Positions 9,975-20,519 of a DNA stretch of 64,000 nucleotides are shown here, piece after piece. The DNA lies in assembly GCA_964651255.1 (NCBI GenBank), contig CAZYWU010000002.1, positions 16,038 through 80,037 of the forward strand, written 5' to 3'. The position numbers were made by a program, and so were the translations under genes. The DNA comes from an uncultured Anaerolineales bacterium. Lineage in GTDB: Bacteria > Chloroflexota > Anaerolineae > UBA1429. Numbering within the stretch: position 1 is the first letter of the stretch; each line of letters begins with the position of its first letter. A model generated the notes under the pieces. That model ran no database searches and was not told the DNA's origin. It saw only the letters and a program-made list of their open reading frames with translations.

Positions 9975-12257
9975 ATGTCAGACCAGGCGCAGGAACAGCG
10001 CGCAGCCTTTGGCTCTTGCACCAGACGAGATCATCTGATCGTTGCCTTCACCTTGCTGGCCTTTGTCGTGCTGGCCGGGCGGTATGCCCTGCTCACCCCG
10101 ATCTTTGAGATGCCTGAGGAGCCGTGGCATCTACGTCGCATCGCCCAGACTGCGGCCAAAGATCTGCCGCCTGGCCACGCAAGCTGGGTGCAGGCGCCTG
10201 AGGTGTCGTCGGTACAGGTGCAACCGCCGCTCTACTACTGGCTCGGCGCGGCGCTGGTGCAGTTCTTTGACTGGGATTCGGATCCCTCGGTCTATGAGCT
10301 CAACCCACACGCTCGCCTGGCCGACCTCTACGGCGTCACCAATTGCAACGCCATGCTGGCCCGGGTTCCCGTCGCGCCCAACGGACCACTGAGCATGTCC
10401 GTGCTCGCGCTGCGCCTGCTCTCTGTGCTTTCGGGCGCCGTGGGGCTGCTTTTTGTCTATCGGCTGATGCTGGGCTTTACCATGGGTCGCCGTTGGCTCG
10501 CGTGGACAGGCATGCTCATGACCGGCTTTCTGCCGGGCTATGCTTTCCTCCACAGCGGGATCAGCCCGGTTTCTCTGGGATCATGCTTTGTTCTTGTCGC
10601 CGCCTATCTCGCCATGCGCACCGCCAGCGAGGCTGAACATCAAAACCGTACCAAGTTGCTGTCTTTTCTCTTCGCCGGACTCGCCGCGATGACGATATGG
10701 TGGGGGTGGACGGCGGTGGTCCTTGTGCTTGTGGTCCACGCGCGTCAGCAAAGAGGGCCAGAAACTGGGGTCCCGTCAGCTCCCCGGGAGGTATCGCTGT
10801 TGCGCGCGCTGATGGTGGCGATGGCTCTCGTTTGGCCTGCTCAGTTGTTGTTTTCGAGTGCCTTGCGCGCGAGCACCAATATCTGGCAGACCGTCACCGA
10901 CATGAGCCTCACTGCACGTCTGGACATGGCGCTGTGTGCCTATTGGGGCCTGTTCGGGTGGCTGAACATCCCGGTAGATAGCGCGTACTATACTGCTGTC
11001 GGTGTTGCGTTCATTCTCGCTGCCAGTGGCCTGGTCCTGCGGGTCGTGCAGTGGTACTGGAACATGCCATCCCGCACCAGTCTATCGGAGATCGGCGAGC
11101 ACCTGCGTCCATGGCAGATTGCTGCTATCGTCTGGGCACTGCTGGGGGCCGCCGTGGCCATGATTCACCTCTTGAGTCCCGCCCATCTCTTTCTCGGCAC
11201 AACCTTCCTGCCACTCGCGCCCTTTGTGGCGCTCTTTCTCGTGCTGGGGATGGATACGTGGGCGCGCACCTACGGTGCTGCGCTCACCGGTATTGTAGCC
11301 CTTGTGTCCATCGCCATGACCGTCCTGTCACCTGGACTCTATATACAGGCCGCTTACAGACCGCCGCTCCGCCTGGCTCTACCGCAAGTCCCCGCCGATG
11401 TTCGCCCCCTCGACGTATCCTACGGCGACAGCCTGTACCTCGTTGGCTACCGACTGGAAGAGGAGACGGTGGCTCCGGGCGGGTACCTTCCCCTGACGCT
11501 GTATTGGCTTTCACGCAGACCCATAGATAGCGACTATACCGTCAACGTAACCGTCGTCGGTGAGCACGATGACATGTTAGCCAGTGTCTTTACCCGCGCA
11601 GGATCGGGCGTGTTTCCGACGTCGATGTGGGTACCCGGCGATGTTGTGGTCCAGGATATCATCCTCCCGATCGATGCCGACGCAGAGCTTCCCGTGGCAG
11701 GCGCAATCGGACTAACCGTGACAGATGACGCCACGGGACAGGTACAGCAAGCCACAGATCCGTCAGGTGAACCCTTGCCGTCAGTCCTGCCGGTCACCCG
11801 GGTCCGCATTGGGGCAAAAGAGTTAACGGCCTACCGGCCCGCTCATCCGCTGGATGTTAACTTTGATGGTCAGATGACTTTGACGGGCTATAGCATCTAC
11901 CCTGCGACCATACACGCAGGCTGCAACCTGGACGTCACGCTTTACTGGCGTGCCGAAGGGCCTCTCCTCTACGACTATACTGTCTTTGTACACCTGGTCG
12001 ACAGCACCGAAACGATCGTCGCTCAGGATGACAGCCAGCCGCGATCGGGGAGCTATCCGACCGGTCTGTGGTTGATGGGCGAGGAGGTCAGTGACACGCA
12101 TTCCATCGCGGTGCCGGCTGACGCCGAGGGGAAAGATCACTGGATCGAGGTCGGTATCTATCGGCTAGACACGGGTGAACGCCTCCTTATCAGTGGTCAA
12201 GACGCTGAACAGGACTATTACCGATTGGGCCCCTTTTCTATTTCCCCGGCCGAATAA
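9975..12257 (+). CDS. Polytopic membrane protein (GT-C-like) with two C-terminal repeat domains of the same family as the 7058 gene
   Basis: At least 10 predicted TM helices; PIFEMPEEPWHL first loop; C-terminal LPLTLYWLS...YTVNVTVV... and LDVTLYWRAEGPLLYDYTVFVHLVD...AQDDSQPRSGSYPTGLW repeats. Confidence 0.6.
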   Translation: MSDQAQEQRAAFGSCTRRDHLIVAFTLLAFVVLAGRYALLTPIFEMPEEPWHLRRIAQTAAKDLPPGHASWVQAPEVSSVQVQPPLYYWLGAALVQFFDWDSDPSVYELNPHARLADLYGVTNCNAMLARVPVAPNGPLSMSVLALRLLSVLSGAVGLLFVYRLMLGFTMGRRWLAWTGMLMTGFLPGYAFLHSGISPVSLGSCFVLVAAYLAMRTASEAEHQNRTKLLSFLFAGLAAMTIWWGWTAVVLVLVVHARQQRGPETGVPSAPREVSLLRALMVAMALVWPAQLLFSSALRASTNIWQTVTDMSLTARLDMALCAYWGLFGWLNIPVDSAYYTAVGVAFILAASGLVLRVVQWYWNMPSRTSLSEIGEHLRPWQIAAIVWALLGAAVAMIHLLSPAHLFLGTTFLPLAPFVALFLVLGMDTWARTYGAALTGIVALVSIAMTVLSPGLYIQAAYRPPLRLALPQVPADVRPLDVSYGDSLYLVGYRLEEETVAPGGYLPLTLYWLSRRPIDSDYTVNVTVVGEHDDMLASVFTRAGSGVFPTSMWVPGDVVVQDIILPIDADAELPVAGAIGLTVTDDATGQVQQATDPSGEPLPSVLPVTRVRIGAKELTAYRPAHPLDVNFDGQMTLTGYSIYPATIHAGCNLDVTLYWRAEGPLLYDYTVFVHLVDSTETIVAQDDSQPRSGSYPTGLWLMGEEVSDTHSIAVPADAEGKDHWIEVGIYRLDTGERLLISGQDAEQDYYRLGPFSISPAE

Positions 12258-12270
12258 TCTTATGTTGCCC

Positions 12271-12298
12271 TTGACAGAATTTCATGCCAGGCTAAGAT
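12271..12298 (+). promoter_or_regulatory. Sigma70-like promoter (TTGACA-16-TAAGAT)
   Basis: Perfect -35 hexamer ~45 nt upstream of the DUF2089 gene. Confidence 0.4.
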
Positions 12299-12343
12299 TA
12301 TGTTTGGTATCGTTTGATCCTGTGATGCCCCATCGAGGCCGCT

Positions 12344-12718
12344 ATGGTATATCCCATTACAGGCCGGTGCCCGATCTGCGGCGGTGCGTTGTATGTTTCC
12401 ACGCTGCACTGCCCTGCCTGCGACGCCACGATTACCGGCCACTTTGATCTGGGCGCTTTTGGCAGGCTGTCGCCAGAGCAACTGGCTTTTGCAGCGCTGT
12501 TCATCCGATGCGAAGGCAGGATCACCCGTGTTCAACAGGAACTCGGCATCTCTTACCCAACAGTCAGGAACAGGCTGCAGGACTTGATTCAGGCGCTCGG
12601 CTACCCGATTGGCGAGGCCGCATCTCGCACAGCAGAGGAGCGCAGGCAAATCCTGGATCGACTGAGCACCGGGGAGCTGACCGCCGATGAGGCGATCGAG
12701 CTGCTTACGAACAGGTAA
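12344..12718 (+). CDS. DUF2089-family protein (N-terminal zinc ribbon plus HTH)
   Basis: CPICGGAL...CPACDAT zinc ribbon, GISYPTVRNRL HTH-like segment, ~124 aa. Confidence 0.7.
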   Translation: MVYPITGRCPICGGALYVSTLHCPACDATITGHFDLGAFGRLSPEQLAFAALFIRCEGRITRVQQELGISYPTVRNRLQDLIQALGYPIGEAASRTAEERRQILDRLSTGELTADEAIELLTNR

Positions 12719-12723
12719 AAGCC

Positions 12724-13713
12724 ATGGCTGTACTTGTCGCACGTCAAGCCCGGCACAATCCTCCTATCCGCCCATTTCGTTTGGCGCATGATCTGCCCGC
12801 GCTTGCCGATCTGCTTGAGAGCAGCTTTGGCGAGGACTTGCGTCGCACCAATAGCCAGATCGTCGTCGAGATGCGCGACATGGCCAGCTGGGGTTTGTCG
12901 CTGCACCTTCTGGCCATACTTGGCTCCCCATACCAGGGGCTCGTGTGGGAAGAAGACGGTCACATACTGGGAAACATCACCATGGTGCGCGAACGCAAGG
13001 GCATCTGGTCACTGAGCAATATCGCGGTGTCGCCCGAGGCACGCGGGCGTGGTATCGCCTCGGCGCTCCTCGATAGCGCGATCGCCAGTCTCCGGGACTC
13101 GGGAGCGCAGTACCTCACCCTGCAGGTCAGGCCAGAGAACCAGATTGCCGTCGGCATGTATCAGCGCCGTGGCTTTGTGGCCTGCGATCGCACCGAAGAA
13201 TTGATCGTCTATGCTGACCGCTGGCCCGTAAGTATCGGGGAGCCTTCAAACGGCGCCTTGATCCGCCGCCCGTTGCGCGAAGATGTGCCAGGAATCATGG
13301 CCCTGATCAACGAGTCCACGTCTGAGCTTGTGCGCCAGTTGGAAGACACAGGGGGTGAGCAGTGGCAACGTGGTACCCTGCGCGCCGCTGCGCGATCTCT
13401 CGCGGCGAGCCTGAAGGGAAAGCAACGCCTGGAGCTGGTGGCCTTGTCTGATGGCCTGGCCCTGGGCGTTGCCTGGGCTACAGTGCGCCTTTTCGGCCTG
13501 GCACACGACATTGGGCTGTTGGTATCCGCGGGTGACCACGGACATGTGGCCCAGCCCCTTCTGGATCGCCTCCTGCTAGAACTGGCCCCCCTGCCGCGCC
13601 GCGATCTGCACGCAACGATCTCCACATTGCAGCCAGAGGCGCTGGAGGCGCTCCATCGGGTTGGATTCGAGACAGTGCGGGTGCTGGATCGCATGGTGCT
13701 CACACTGGGCTAG
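12724..13713 (+). CDS. GNAT-family N-acetyltransferase (tandem GNAT folds)
   Basis: NIAVSPEARGRGIASALL...QRRGF acetyl-CoA-binding motif. Confidence 0.8.
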   Translation: MAVLVARQARHNPPIRPFRLAHDLPALADLLESSFGEDLRRTNSQIVVEMRDMASWGLSLHLLAILGSPYQGLVWEEDGHILGNITMVRERKGIWSLSNIAVSPEARGRGIASALLDSAIASLRDSGAQYLTLQVRPENQIAVGMYQRRGFVACDRTEELIVYADRWPVSIGEPSNGALIRRPLREDVPGIMALINESTSELVRQLEDTGGEQWQRGTLRAAARSLAASLKGKQRLELVALSDGLALGVAWATVRLFGLAHDIGLLVSAGDHGHVAQPLLDRLLLELAPLPRRDLHATISTLQPEALEALHRVGFETVRVLDRMVLTLG

Positions 13714-13748
13714 CCCGGCCGAGCGCCACATTCGTTGCTGGAGGCACT

Positions 13749-14117
13749 ATGAGCATGGATGCAGAACGACTGCAGATACTCAAGATGGTGGAAAAGGGTC
13801 AGATTACGGCACAGGAAGGTGCCCGGCTGCTGGAAGCCCTGGCCGGGAACAGCACCGAGCGCACCACTCCTTCCCGACCGACGTGGTTCCGGGTGCGCGT
13901 TACGGACACGCGCACTGGCAGGCGCAAGGTCGACGTGAACATTCCACTGAGCCTTGTCTCTGTTGGTATGCGACTGGGCGCGCGCTTTGCTCCCGAGGTC
14001 GGCGATGTGGACATCCCTGAATTGCTCCGCCAGATCGAAGAAGAGGGAATACAGGGCAGGGTGATCGATGTTATGGATGAGGAAGACGGCGAGCACGTCG
14101 AGATCTTTGTCGAGTGA
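13749..14117 (+). CDS. Hypothetical protein with SHOCT-like N-terminal motif and acidic C-terminus
   Basis: LQILKMVEKGQITAQEGARLLEAL resembles the SHOCT / DUF4097-N motif frequently neighbouring DUF2089 genes. Confidence 0.5.
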   Translation: MSMDAERLQILKMVEKGQITAQEGARLLEALAGNSTERTTPSRPTWFRVRVTDTRTGRRKVDVNIPLSLVSVGMRLGARFAPEVGDVDIPELLRQIEEEGIQGRVIDVMDEEDGEHVEIFVE

Positions 14118-14264
14118 GACAAGACACGCTGCCCTGAAAACACCTCTACCCTTGCTCTGCGACAACTGGTTATCTCAGCCCGCCGGTAGAGCAGGCTTTC
14201 CCGGCCCAGCCGAGCTCTCAGATGGCAGATCCTATCGCTACGATCCCCACATGCCCCTTGCTGC

Positions 14265-15224
14265 CTAGCGCATGACCCTGCGCGCGCCGCTTACCCACTC
14301 GCGGACCGCGGCGCTACGCATAATGCTCTTGACCGCAAAGGCGATCACGCCCAACCCCACCAGGATAAAGAGCAGGCCCCGCACCGGACGCGGGATAAAC
14401 TGCAGCGTCAAGTAGTACACAAACTCTGGGAACGGCTGTATGCGATACAGATGCGTGAGCAGATAGGCGATTCCGAGGCTGAGCCCCAGCGAGCCAAAGG
14501 TCAGAAAGAACAGCCAGCGCGCGATATCCGAACGTTGCACACGCGTGCGTCCGGTCTGCTCCGCCAACTCCCGGGCAAATGGCGATAACAACGTCATCGA
14601 CGTCAGCCGGTCGATGTTCGCCGGCAGTAAAAGCTCGGAGGGCACAGCAACAGGCTCCTCACGACTCGAGCCGATCTGCCGCGTGATCTCCTCCTCCACC
14701 TGGATGTATTGCACCGCCGTGATTAGATCTGGGGCCACGGGAAAATCCCTCTCCAGGTCAGTGCGGCCGAATACCTCTTCGATCGACCGGTCACCCAGGA
14801 TCACGATCGGGCGCACGCCTGCCTCTCTCGCCGTGACAACATCCTCCAGGGTATCGGCAAGCAGATAGCAGCTCTCAGGCTGCAGACCAAAACGTGCCAC
14901 AGCCGACCACACGAGGCCGGGATACGTATCGCCCTGCGAGCCATCGGCCGGCGTGCTTTTGCATCCGATAGCTGCATCGACGCGACCACCACCCGCCTGC
15001 AGCTGTTTGGCTGTCTCCATCAGCCTGTCATACGCCGCCTGGTCCTCCTCTTGCCCCTGACGGTCCCCCAGAACACAGAAAAGCAGGATCAGTACCTCAT
15101 CGCTACCCAGCAGTCGCACCGCCTCGATGCTCGCCGGCATGAGCTTCCAGCCAGGGGGCGGATCTGCCAGGTCGATATCACTGTCACGCAGCAGGCTGGC
15201 CTGATGGATGAATACCGCCTTCAT
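14265..15224 (-). CDS. HAD-superfamily (IIIA, GmhB-like) phosphatase fused to a C-terminal 3-TM membrane domain
   Basis: HAD-like fold: the GmhB/HAD-IIIA motif arrangement is not literally present (motif I appears degenerate); VILGDRSIEEV HAD-like motif; hydrophobic C-terminal ~90 aa. Confidence 0.65.
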   Translation of the reverse strand: MKAVFIHQASLLRDSDIDLADPPPGWKLMPASIEAVRLLGSDEVLILLFCVLGDRQGQEEDQAAYDRLMETAKQLQAGGGRVDAAIGCKSTPADGSQGDTYPGLVWSAVARFGLQPESCYLLADTLEDVVTAREAGVRPIVILGDRSIEEVFGRTDLERDFPVAPDLITAVQYIQVEEEITRQIGSSREEPVAVPSELLLPANIDRLTSMTLLSPFARELAEQTGRTRVQRSDIARWLFFLTFGSLGLSLGIAYLLTHLYRIQPFPEFVYYLTLQFIPRPVRGLLFILVGLGVIAFAVKSIMRSAAVREWVSGARRVMR

Positions 15225-15233
15225 GGTGCGCCT

Positions 15234-15809
15234 CTAGACCGGGTCAGCCATGGGATCTGGCTGATCTGACGCCTGATCCTCATCTGCCGCAACTTCCTCA
15301 GTCTGCCTCTCGCCGGGACCGTCGGCACGCTTGGCGTCGCTGCTACCGTCGCCCTCCCGAGTCTGCGACGAGATGCCTTCGACGATCTCGCCCTCTTCGC
15401 CCGCCGCGAGCAGTGGTGGCTCGCCGCCCACGGGCAACTCGTCTACGTCCTCACCATCCATAAAGCACTGTCCGCGAAACAGTCCGCCCTCGTCGATCAT
15501 CAGCGACCCTACGGTGACCTCACCAAACACCCGCCCGCTGGAGAGAATCTCCAGGCGCCCGACCGTCTGTATGTTGCCCTGGATCTGCCCCCAGACCTGC
15601 ACCGCGTTGGCGCGAATGTCCGCCACCACCCTTGCCGTGGGGCCAACGACGAGATTTCCCGCCGTCTCGATAGTCCCTTGAAGAACGCCATCCACGCGGA
15701 TGTTACCATCGGACTTGAGCACCCCCTTGAAATTGGTGGTGCTTCCAAGCACAGTCTCCAACCCGCCAACCGCTGCGGTCGGACTCTCTTCGCGCCTGAA
15801 CAGTGGCAT
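15234..15809 (-). CDS. Bactofilin-family cytoskeletal protein with acidic C-terminal tail
   Basis: Repetitive beta-helix signature (IRVDGVLQGTIETAGNLVVGPTARVVADIRANAVQVWGQIQGNIQ). ATG at 15809 preceded by GGAGAGAG. Confidence 0.8.
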   Translation of the reverse strand: MPLFRREESPTAAVGGLETVLGSTTNFKGVLKSDGNIRVDGVLQGTIETAGNLVVGPTARVVADIRANAVQVWGQIQGNIQTVGRLEILSSGRVFGEVTVGSLMIDEGGLFRGQCFMDGEDVDELPVGGEPPLLAAGEEGEIVEGISSQTREGDGSSDAKRADGPGERQTEEVAADEDQASDQPDPMADPV

Positions 15810-15891
15810 CTCAGCTCTCTCCTCTACTACTCTGTAGGTCGCCCTCGACAGGGCGACCCGCGTCACGTCACCGGGACCGGGCAGCCGCCCG

Positions 15892-16464
15892 CTACTTATT
15901 GTGGTCTTGCTGCGCGATCCGCACTGCCTCTTGCTCTTCAGCGCTCAACGGGCTCGATGAGACCCAGTCATTCAGCGATCGCACATACAGGCGAGTGGCT
16001 GTGCGCCCGTGCAGGCTGCTCATCACCAATCCCCTGCCCTGGTCATCAGCCAACGCCAGGGCGACGGAATAGTCTCCACCCATGTCATCAAACGGATTGT
16101 ACCGCACCAATCCGATGTGTCTGACGGCGCCGGCGCTCTCTGAGAGCAAACGTTCGTATTCCAGCTGCAACTGCTGGATCTGCTCTGCGTTCTCGTGAAT
16201 GCGGTCAACATGCCTCAAGAGCACGTCGCCCATCCCCTTCTCGTTTGTGCCTTCCAGGAGTCGCCGATAGCGAACCTCAAGCTCCCGGTGGCGCCTGCGC
16301 TGGGCGACCAGCGCCACGGCCAGACCGATCAGCCCCAGATAGGCGACGCCCAGACCAATGGTAAAGAGAATGTCGATCTGACTCAAGACTCCCCCGTACT
16401 TGCCAGGATACGGTCTACTCGGGTGCCCGCGCCCTGACGAACAGTACTGTACGGCGCCAGGCAA
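15892..16464 (-). CDS. DUF4446-family protein (N-terminal TM plus coiled-coil)
   Basis: TM helix followed by LEYERLL coiled-coil and VRYNPF motif. Annotated ATG overlaps the RarA 3' end by 50 nt; the true start is probably nearer 16392. Confidence 0.5.
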   Translation of the reverse strand: MPGAVQYCSSGRGHPSRPYPGKYGGVLSQIDILFTIGLGVAYLGLIGLAVALVAQRRRHRELEVRYRRLLEGTNEKGMGDVLLRHVDRIHENAEQIQQLQLEYERLLSESAGAVRHIGLVRYNPFDDMGGDYSVALALADDQGRGLVMSSLHGRTATRLYVRSLNDWVSSSPLSAEEQEAVRIAQQDHNK

Positions 16465-18643
16465 CCGTCTCTCCCGCGATGGTGCTCAGCAGCGCCGACT
16501 CGACCTCACGCATCTCGTCATCGTTGAGCGAACGCCGCAGCGTCTCCCCGTAGCCGGGTCGACCATCGCGTCCAGCGCCGAACCAGCGCTCTACCTGCGA
16601 CCGCGTCACCAGCATCTCGGAGATCAGCGTGCGTTCTTCAACCCTGCAGTCAGCGAGACGCGCAGACTCGAGCGCCTGCAGCAGCTCCTCAGGACCCCAG
16701 TTTACCACAGGATCGTCAGGGCTGCTATACATCGCTTCCTCCGCCTCTTGCCACCGTGCGGCCAGCGTTTCGGAGAGCGCCGCGGGCTCCGCCAGCTGAT
16801 AGAGTCTCTGGCTCGCCCTCGGCAAGCGCTCCGCCAGGCTCATCATGCCGTGCGCGGCCATCGCACCCTTGAGAACAGCCAGATGCTCAGCCCATTGATC
16901 TGACCGCGACAGCGCATTGCGACCGACAATCACATCAAACTTGAGGCCTGCCGCCTCCTGGTTCGCCAATAGCGCGTCCAGCGCCAGCAGCGTCCCGACC
17001 AGGACTGTGGGACGCTGCAATTCCTCCAGCCTTTCGGCCTGATCACGCAACGCTTGCGCGAGGGAGGCATCGGCCTCCAGTGACCAGACCCCGCCCTCCG
17101 GGGTTCTGCGAAGCGCCTCCCAGGTCAAGAGGCCGCTCCCCGCGTTGACATCCAGCACGGTGTGGAAGCGGCGCACATCCAGCCCGGCAAAAATCCCCTG
17201 CCTGATCTCCTCCAGCCCTCGCGCCGAGCTATCGATGGTTCGCGCAAACCACCGCTCCTGACCGGCGCTCTGCGGCGTATAGGTGAGCAACTCGTGAGCG
17301 GGGCTATCCTCCTCCAGCGCGGCGGCCAACTGCGCCTCGCGCCGGCTCACTACACGGTCCTTGATGCTCTTCTCATAGCCCTGATCGCTCGGGCGATAAA
17401 AGACCTTGCCCCTCAGCGAATCGGGCAAGTACTGCTGCTCTACCCAGTGATCACGGTATGCGTGAGGATACAGGTACCCCTCGCCATGCCCAAAGCCTTT
17501 TCTGTCACGGCTCGCATCACGGAGGTGGCTCGGAACGGCATCATCACGCTCCGAGCGCACAGACTCTAGCGCGTCATAGTAGCCCATTGTGCTGTTCGAC
17601 TTGGCAGCCGTTGCGAGATACAGGGCGGCCTGTGCAAGATGGAACTGCCCCTCCGGCAATCCGACCCGCTCAAAGGCTTCCGCGGCCGCCTGAACCACGA
17701 CAAGAGCGTTAGGATCGGCCAGGCCGATGTCCTCGCTGGCGGAGATGAGCATCCGCCGAAAGAGAAAACGAGGGTCTTCACCGGCATGGACCATCCTGGC
17801 CAACCAGTACAGTGCAGCATCGGGATCTGACCCTCTCAGCGACTTTATAAAGGCGCTGATGATGTCAAAGTGATAATCACCGTCCCGATCGTAAAGAACG
17901 GCGCGCTGCTGGATGGACTCTTCGGCAACAGACATGTCCACGACGATCGTGCCCTCTGCGTCCGGTGGCGTTGTCTCGACCGCCAGCTCCAGAGCGTTCA
18001 GGAGCGAACGGGCATCGCCACCTGCCACATGCACGAGGTGGTCGAGGGCATCCTGCTGCACCCGCACGCGGCGACTTCCATACCCGCGTTCGACATCGTT
18101 GAGCGCCGCGCGGGCGACCTGACGCAACTCATCCTCCGTCAGCGGAACCAGCTGGAATACTCGGCTGCGGCTCAGCAGAGCTGAATTGACAGAGAACCAG
18201 GGGTTCTCTGTCGTGGCGCCGATCATGATCACCGTGCCGTTCTCCACCCAGGGTAGCATGGCATCTTGCTGGGCCTTGTTCCAGCGATGAACCTCGTCGA
18301 CGAACAGGATCGTGCGCCGGTTGTAGAGCGCGCGTTGCTCCCGTGCTTCTTCGACCACTTCTCTCAGCTGGGCCACACCGGCCAGGACTGCGTTCAGCGT
18401 CACAAAACGCGAGTTGGTCGAGTTCGCGATTATACGTGCCAGCGTGGTCTTGCCAGTGCCCGGCGGCCCATAGAATATGAGCGATGAGATCTGATCCGCC
18501 TGGATTGCCCGCCGAAGCAATCGACCTGGCCCGACAACGTGCTCCTGTCCAACGAATTCATCCATGGTGCGCGGTCGCATACGGGCGGCCAGTGGCGCCT
18601 CGCGCTCGATCTGCTCCTGCCTGCCACGCTCAAACAGGTCCAT
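16415..18643 (-). CDS. rarA: Replication-associated recombination protein A (RarA/MgsA AAA+ ATPase) with ~300-aa C-terminal class-I methyltransferase-like extension
   Basis: [15 protein letters not shown] Walker [15 protein letters not shown] Walker B, RarA C-terminal helix domain to ~aa 430. Then [12 protein letters not shown] (MTase motif I-like), [14 protein letters not shown]. Confidence 0.85.
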   Translation of the reverse strand: MDLFERGRQEQIEREAPLAARMRPRTMDEFVGQEHVVGPGRLLRRAIQADQISSLIFYGPPGTGKTTLARIIANSTNSRFVTLNAVLAGVAQLREVVEEAREQRALYNRRTILFVDEVHRWNKAQQDAMLPWVENGTVIMIGATTENPWFSVNSALLSRSRVFQLVPLTEDELRQVARAALNDVERGYGSRRVRVQQDALDHLVHVAGGDARSLLNALELAVETTPPDAEGTIVVDMSVAEESIQQRAVLYDRDGDYHFDIISAFIKSLRGSDPDAALYWLARMVHAGEDPRFLFRRMLISASEDIGLADPNALVVVQAAAEAFERVGLPEGQFHLAQAALYLATAAKSNSTMGYYDALESVRSERDDAVPSHLRDASRDRKGFGHGEGYLYPHAYRDHWVEQQYLPDSLRGKVFYRPSDQGYEKSIKDRVVSRREAQLAAALEEDSPAHELLTYTPQSAGQERWFARTIDSSARGLEEIRQGIFAGLDVRRFHTVLDVNAGSGLLTWEALRRTPEGGVWSLEADASLAQALRDQAERLEELQRPTVLVGTLLALDALLANQEAAGLKFDVIVGRNALSRSDQWAEHLAVLKGAMAAHGMMSLAERLPRASQRLYQLAEPAALSETLAARWQEAEEAMYSSPDDPVVNWGPEELLQALESARLADCRVEERTLISEMLVTRSQVERWFGAGRDGRPGYGETLRRSLNDDEMREVESALLSTIAGETVAWRRTVLFVRARAPE

Positions 18644-18760
18644 GCGGTCCTTCCCTTGCGATACTGGATACCAGGGGCCAGGTTTCGGCCAGCCGACATG
18701 TCATAATTCTACCCCCAATGGTGATGCCGTGAAATACACAGTCAGTGCCCGGAATGCGCC

Positions 18761-18788
18761 TTGCCAGCGGTTTCCAGGGCCATATAAT
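18761..18788 (+). promoter_or_regulatory. Sigma70-like promoter (TTGCCA-16-TATAAT) for the DUF2085 gene
   Basis: Located inside the 3' end of rarA on the opposite strand, ~70 nt upstream of the ATG at 18858. Confidence 0.4.
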
Positions 18789-18857
18789 GCGCTGGTGCGC
18801 AACGAAAGGAGGTCGGGCAGCGTATGGTATATGTGGCCATGGACGAGGAGCGAGGAC

Positions 18858-19541
18858 ATGCCACCCGGTGCTGAGTTCATCCTGAATGGCATCTGCCACC
18901 GGTATCCGACCCATGCGCTCGTGTATGGTGGGCAGACCGCACTGCTGTGCGCTCGTTGCACGGGGATGTACTGCGGGGCCTTCTTGATCCTGTGCCTGCT
19001 CGCGGCAGCAGGGGCGCACCGCAGGGCGGGGAGCCCACCCTGGTACGCGCAGAGTGTCTGTCTGGGCCTTGTTGCCTGGTGGGCCGTCGACGGTATCAAT
19101 GCGGCAGCCTATGCCTACCTGGGCGGTCCGCTTCTCTATGAGCCCACTAACGGGCTGCGCTTGTTTACCGGGATTGGCATGGGATGGGTGCTCGCAGTCG
19201 AGCTCTGGCCTGTCGCTGTGCAGATATGGGACTCGGAAGCAGAGCCGCTTCCCGCCATCGAGAAGCCAGCACATCTTGTTGGGCTCTTGTCGCTCGCGGG
19301 GCTGGCGGGTCTCTTGCTGCTGAACCATCGGTTACCCTGGGAGTTGGTGGCGATCTGGACCTGGCTGGGGATCACGACGCTGCTGGTTGGTGCCAACAGT
19401 CTGCTGCTGGCACTACTGACGGGAGTAAGCGGGGTGCGATTCCGCGGCCAGAGGCTGGTGATCATCCTCACAGGGGGGCTGGTGCTCGCCCTGCTTGAGA
19501 CGGGCGGCCTCTCATTGCTTCGGCAATGGGTGGGTGCCTGA
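18858..19541 (+). CDS. DUF2085-family membrane protein
   Basis: [31 protein letters not shown] motif and 5-6 TM helices. GAGGAG RBS 7 nt upstream of the ATG at 18858; the ORF-track N-terminal extension overlaps rarA and is rejected. Confidence 0.65.
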   Translation: MPPGAEFILNGICHRYPTHALVYGGQTALLCARCTGMYCGAFLILCLLAAAGAHRRAGSPPWYAQSVCLGLVAWWAVDGINAAAYAYLGGPLLYEPTNGLRLFTGIGMGWVLAVELWPVAVQIWDSEAEPLPAIEKPAHLVGLLSLAGLAGLLLLNHRLPWELVAIWTWLGITTLLVGANSLLLALLTGVSGVRFRGQRLVIILTGGLVLALLETGGLSLLRQWVGA

Positions 19542-19681
19542 CGCTCCTCAAGCGCCACAGTGCGCAATGATGCTTGAGCTGCGCCGTTGGTACAGGTATA
19601 CTCGGTACAGGGTTCGACCCTGCCTGGCCAGGCGAATGCGACGGATTGTGTGCAACCACAGGTGCATCAGAAGGAGGTCCG

Positions 19682-20329
19682 ATGGATATTGGAAAAGCGT
19701 TCTCCTACGTAGTCAGTGACAAGGATTGGGTCAAAAAAGTCGTCATCGGTGGCATTCTCGGCATCATCCCGATCGCCAACCTGATTGTCATGGGCTATGG
19801 CCTGCGTGTCCTCAAGAACGTGGCCCAGGACGATCCCCAGCCGCTGCCGGAGTGGGATGACTGGGGCGGCGACTTTATGAAGGGCCTCATGGTTACGCTC
19901 GCAAGCCTCATCTACTCCTCGCCAGCGATCGTGCTCTCTGGTATCTTTGCGCTGATTGGTGTGGTTACAGGAAATGTTTCCGGCGAAGCACAGGGCGTAT
20001 TCGCAGTCCTCATGGTCTGCTTCACCTGGCTGATGGTGCTGTGGGGCCTGGCTGTTGGCCTGTGGATGCCGGCAGCTATGGTGAACTATACGGAAAAGTG
20101 GTCGTTCGGTGCCATGTTCGCGTTCGAAAAGATCTGGACGTTGATCTCGGAGAACATCGGCAACTATGTCACCGTCCTGGTAGTCATGCTGCTCGCAGGG
20201 ATTGCCGCCAGTTTCGGCATGATCGCCTGCGTGATCGGTGTGCTCTTCACGCAGTTCTACGCCCAGCTGGTAAGCATGCATGTCCTCGGTCAGTTTGCCC
20301 GTGAGGCCGGCAGGCCCGCAGTGGTCTGA
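19682..20329 (+). CDS. DUF4013-family membrane protein
   Basis: MDIGKAFSYVVSDKDWVKKVVIGGILGIIPI..NLIVMGY signature. AGGAGG 6 nt upstream of the ATG at 19682. Confidence 0.6.
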   Translation: MDIGKAFSYVVSDKDWVKKVVIGGILGIIPIANLIVMGYGLRVLKNVAQDDPQPLPEWDDWGGDFMKGLMVTLASLIYSSPAIVLSGIFALIGVVTGNVSGEAQGVFAVLMVCFTWLMVLWGLAVGLWMPAAMVNYTEKWSFGAMFAFEKIWTLISENIGNYVTVLVVMLLAGIAASFGMIACVIGVLFTQFYAQLVSMHVLGQFAREAGRPAVV

Positions 20330-20394
20330 GCGAGCCAGCAACAGCCACGCCCAAGGCGCCCAATGAGGGCGGATAGCGAACATGCGCGGTCATC

Positions 20395-20428
20395 AGGAGA
20401 GAGGGGCACCCCTCTCTCCTGTCTTTTC
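20395..20428 (+). terminator. Rho-independent terminator (GGAGAGAGGG-loop-CCCTCTCTCC plus TGTCTTTTCC)
   Basis: 10-11 bp perfect stem followed by a T-rich run, ~65 nt after the 20329 stop. Confidence 0.6.
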
Positions 20429-20519
20429 CTCACACCTCCCTCAGATACTCACATCACGGGCTTTCTGATAGCATTCCGGTGCCCTGTGACAGTTTCTGAC
20501 AGTAAGCCCGGCCTACACT

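Noticed and set aside
18564-18857. N-terminal 98-aa extension of the DUF2085 ORF overlapping rarA
   Set aside because: Overlaps the well-supported rarA coding region on the opposite strand; a good RBS and start exist at 18858 and the family N-terminus begins there.
19574-19681. 36-aa N-terminal extension of the DUF4013 ORF
   Set aside because: AGGAGG RBS and ATG at 19682 coincide with the conserved family N-terminus (MDIGKAFSYV); the extension lies in a non-conserved Cys/Gly-rich frame.
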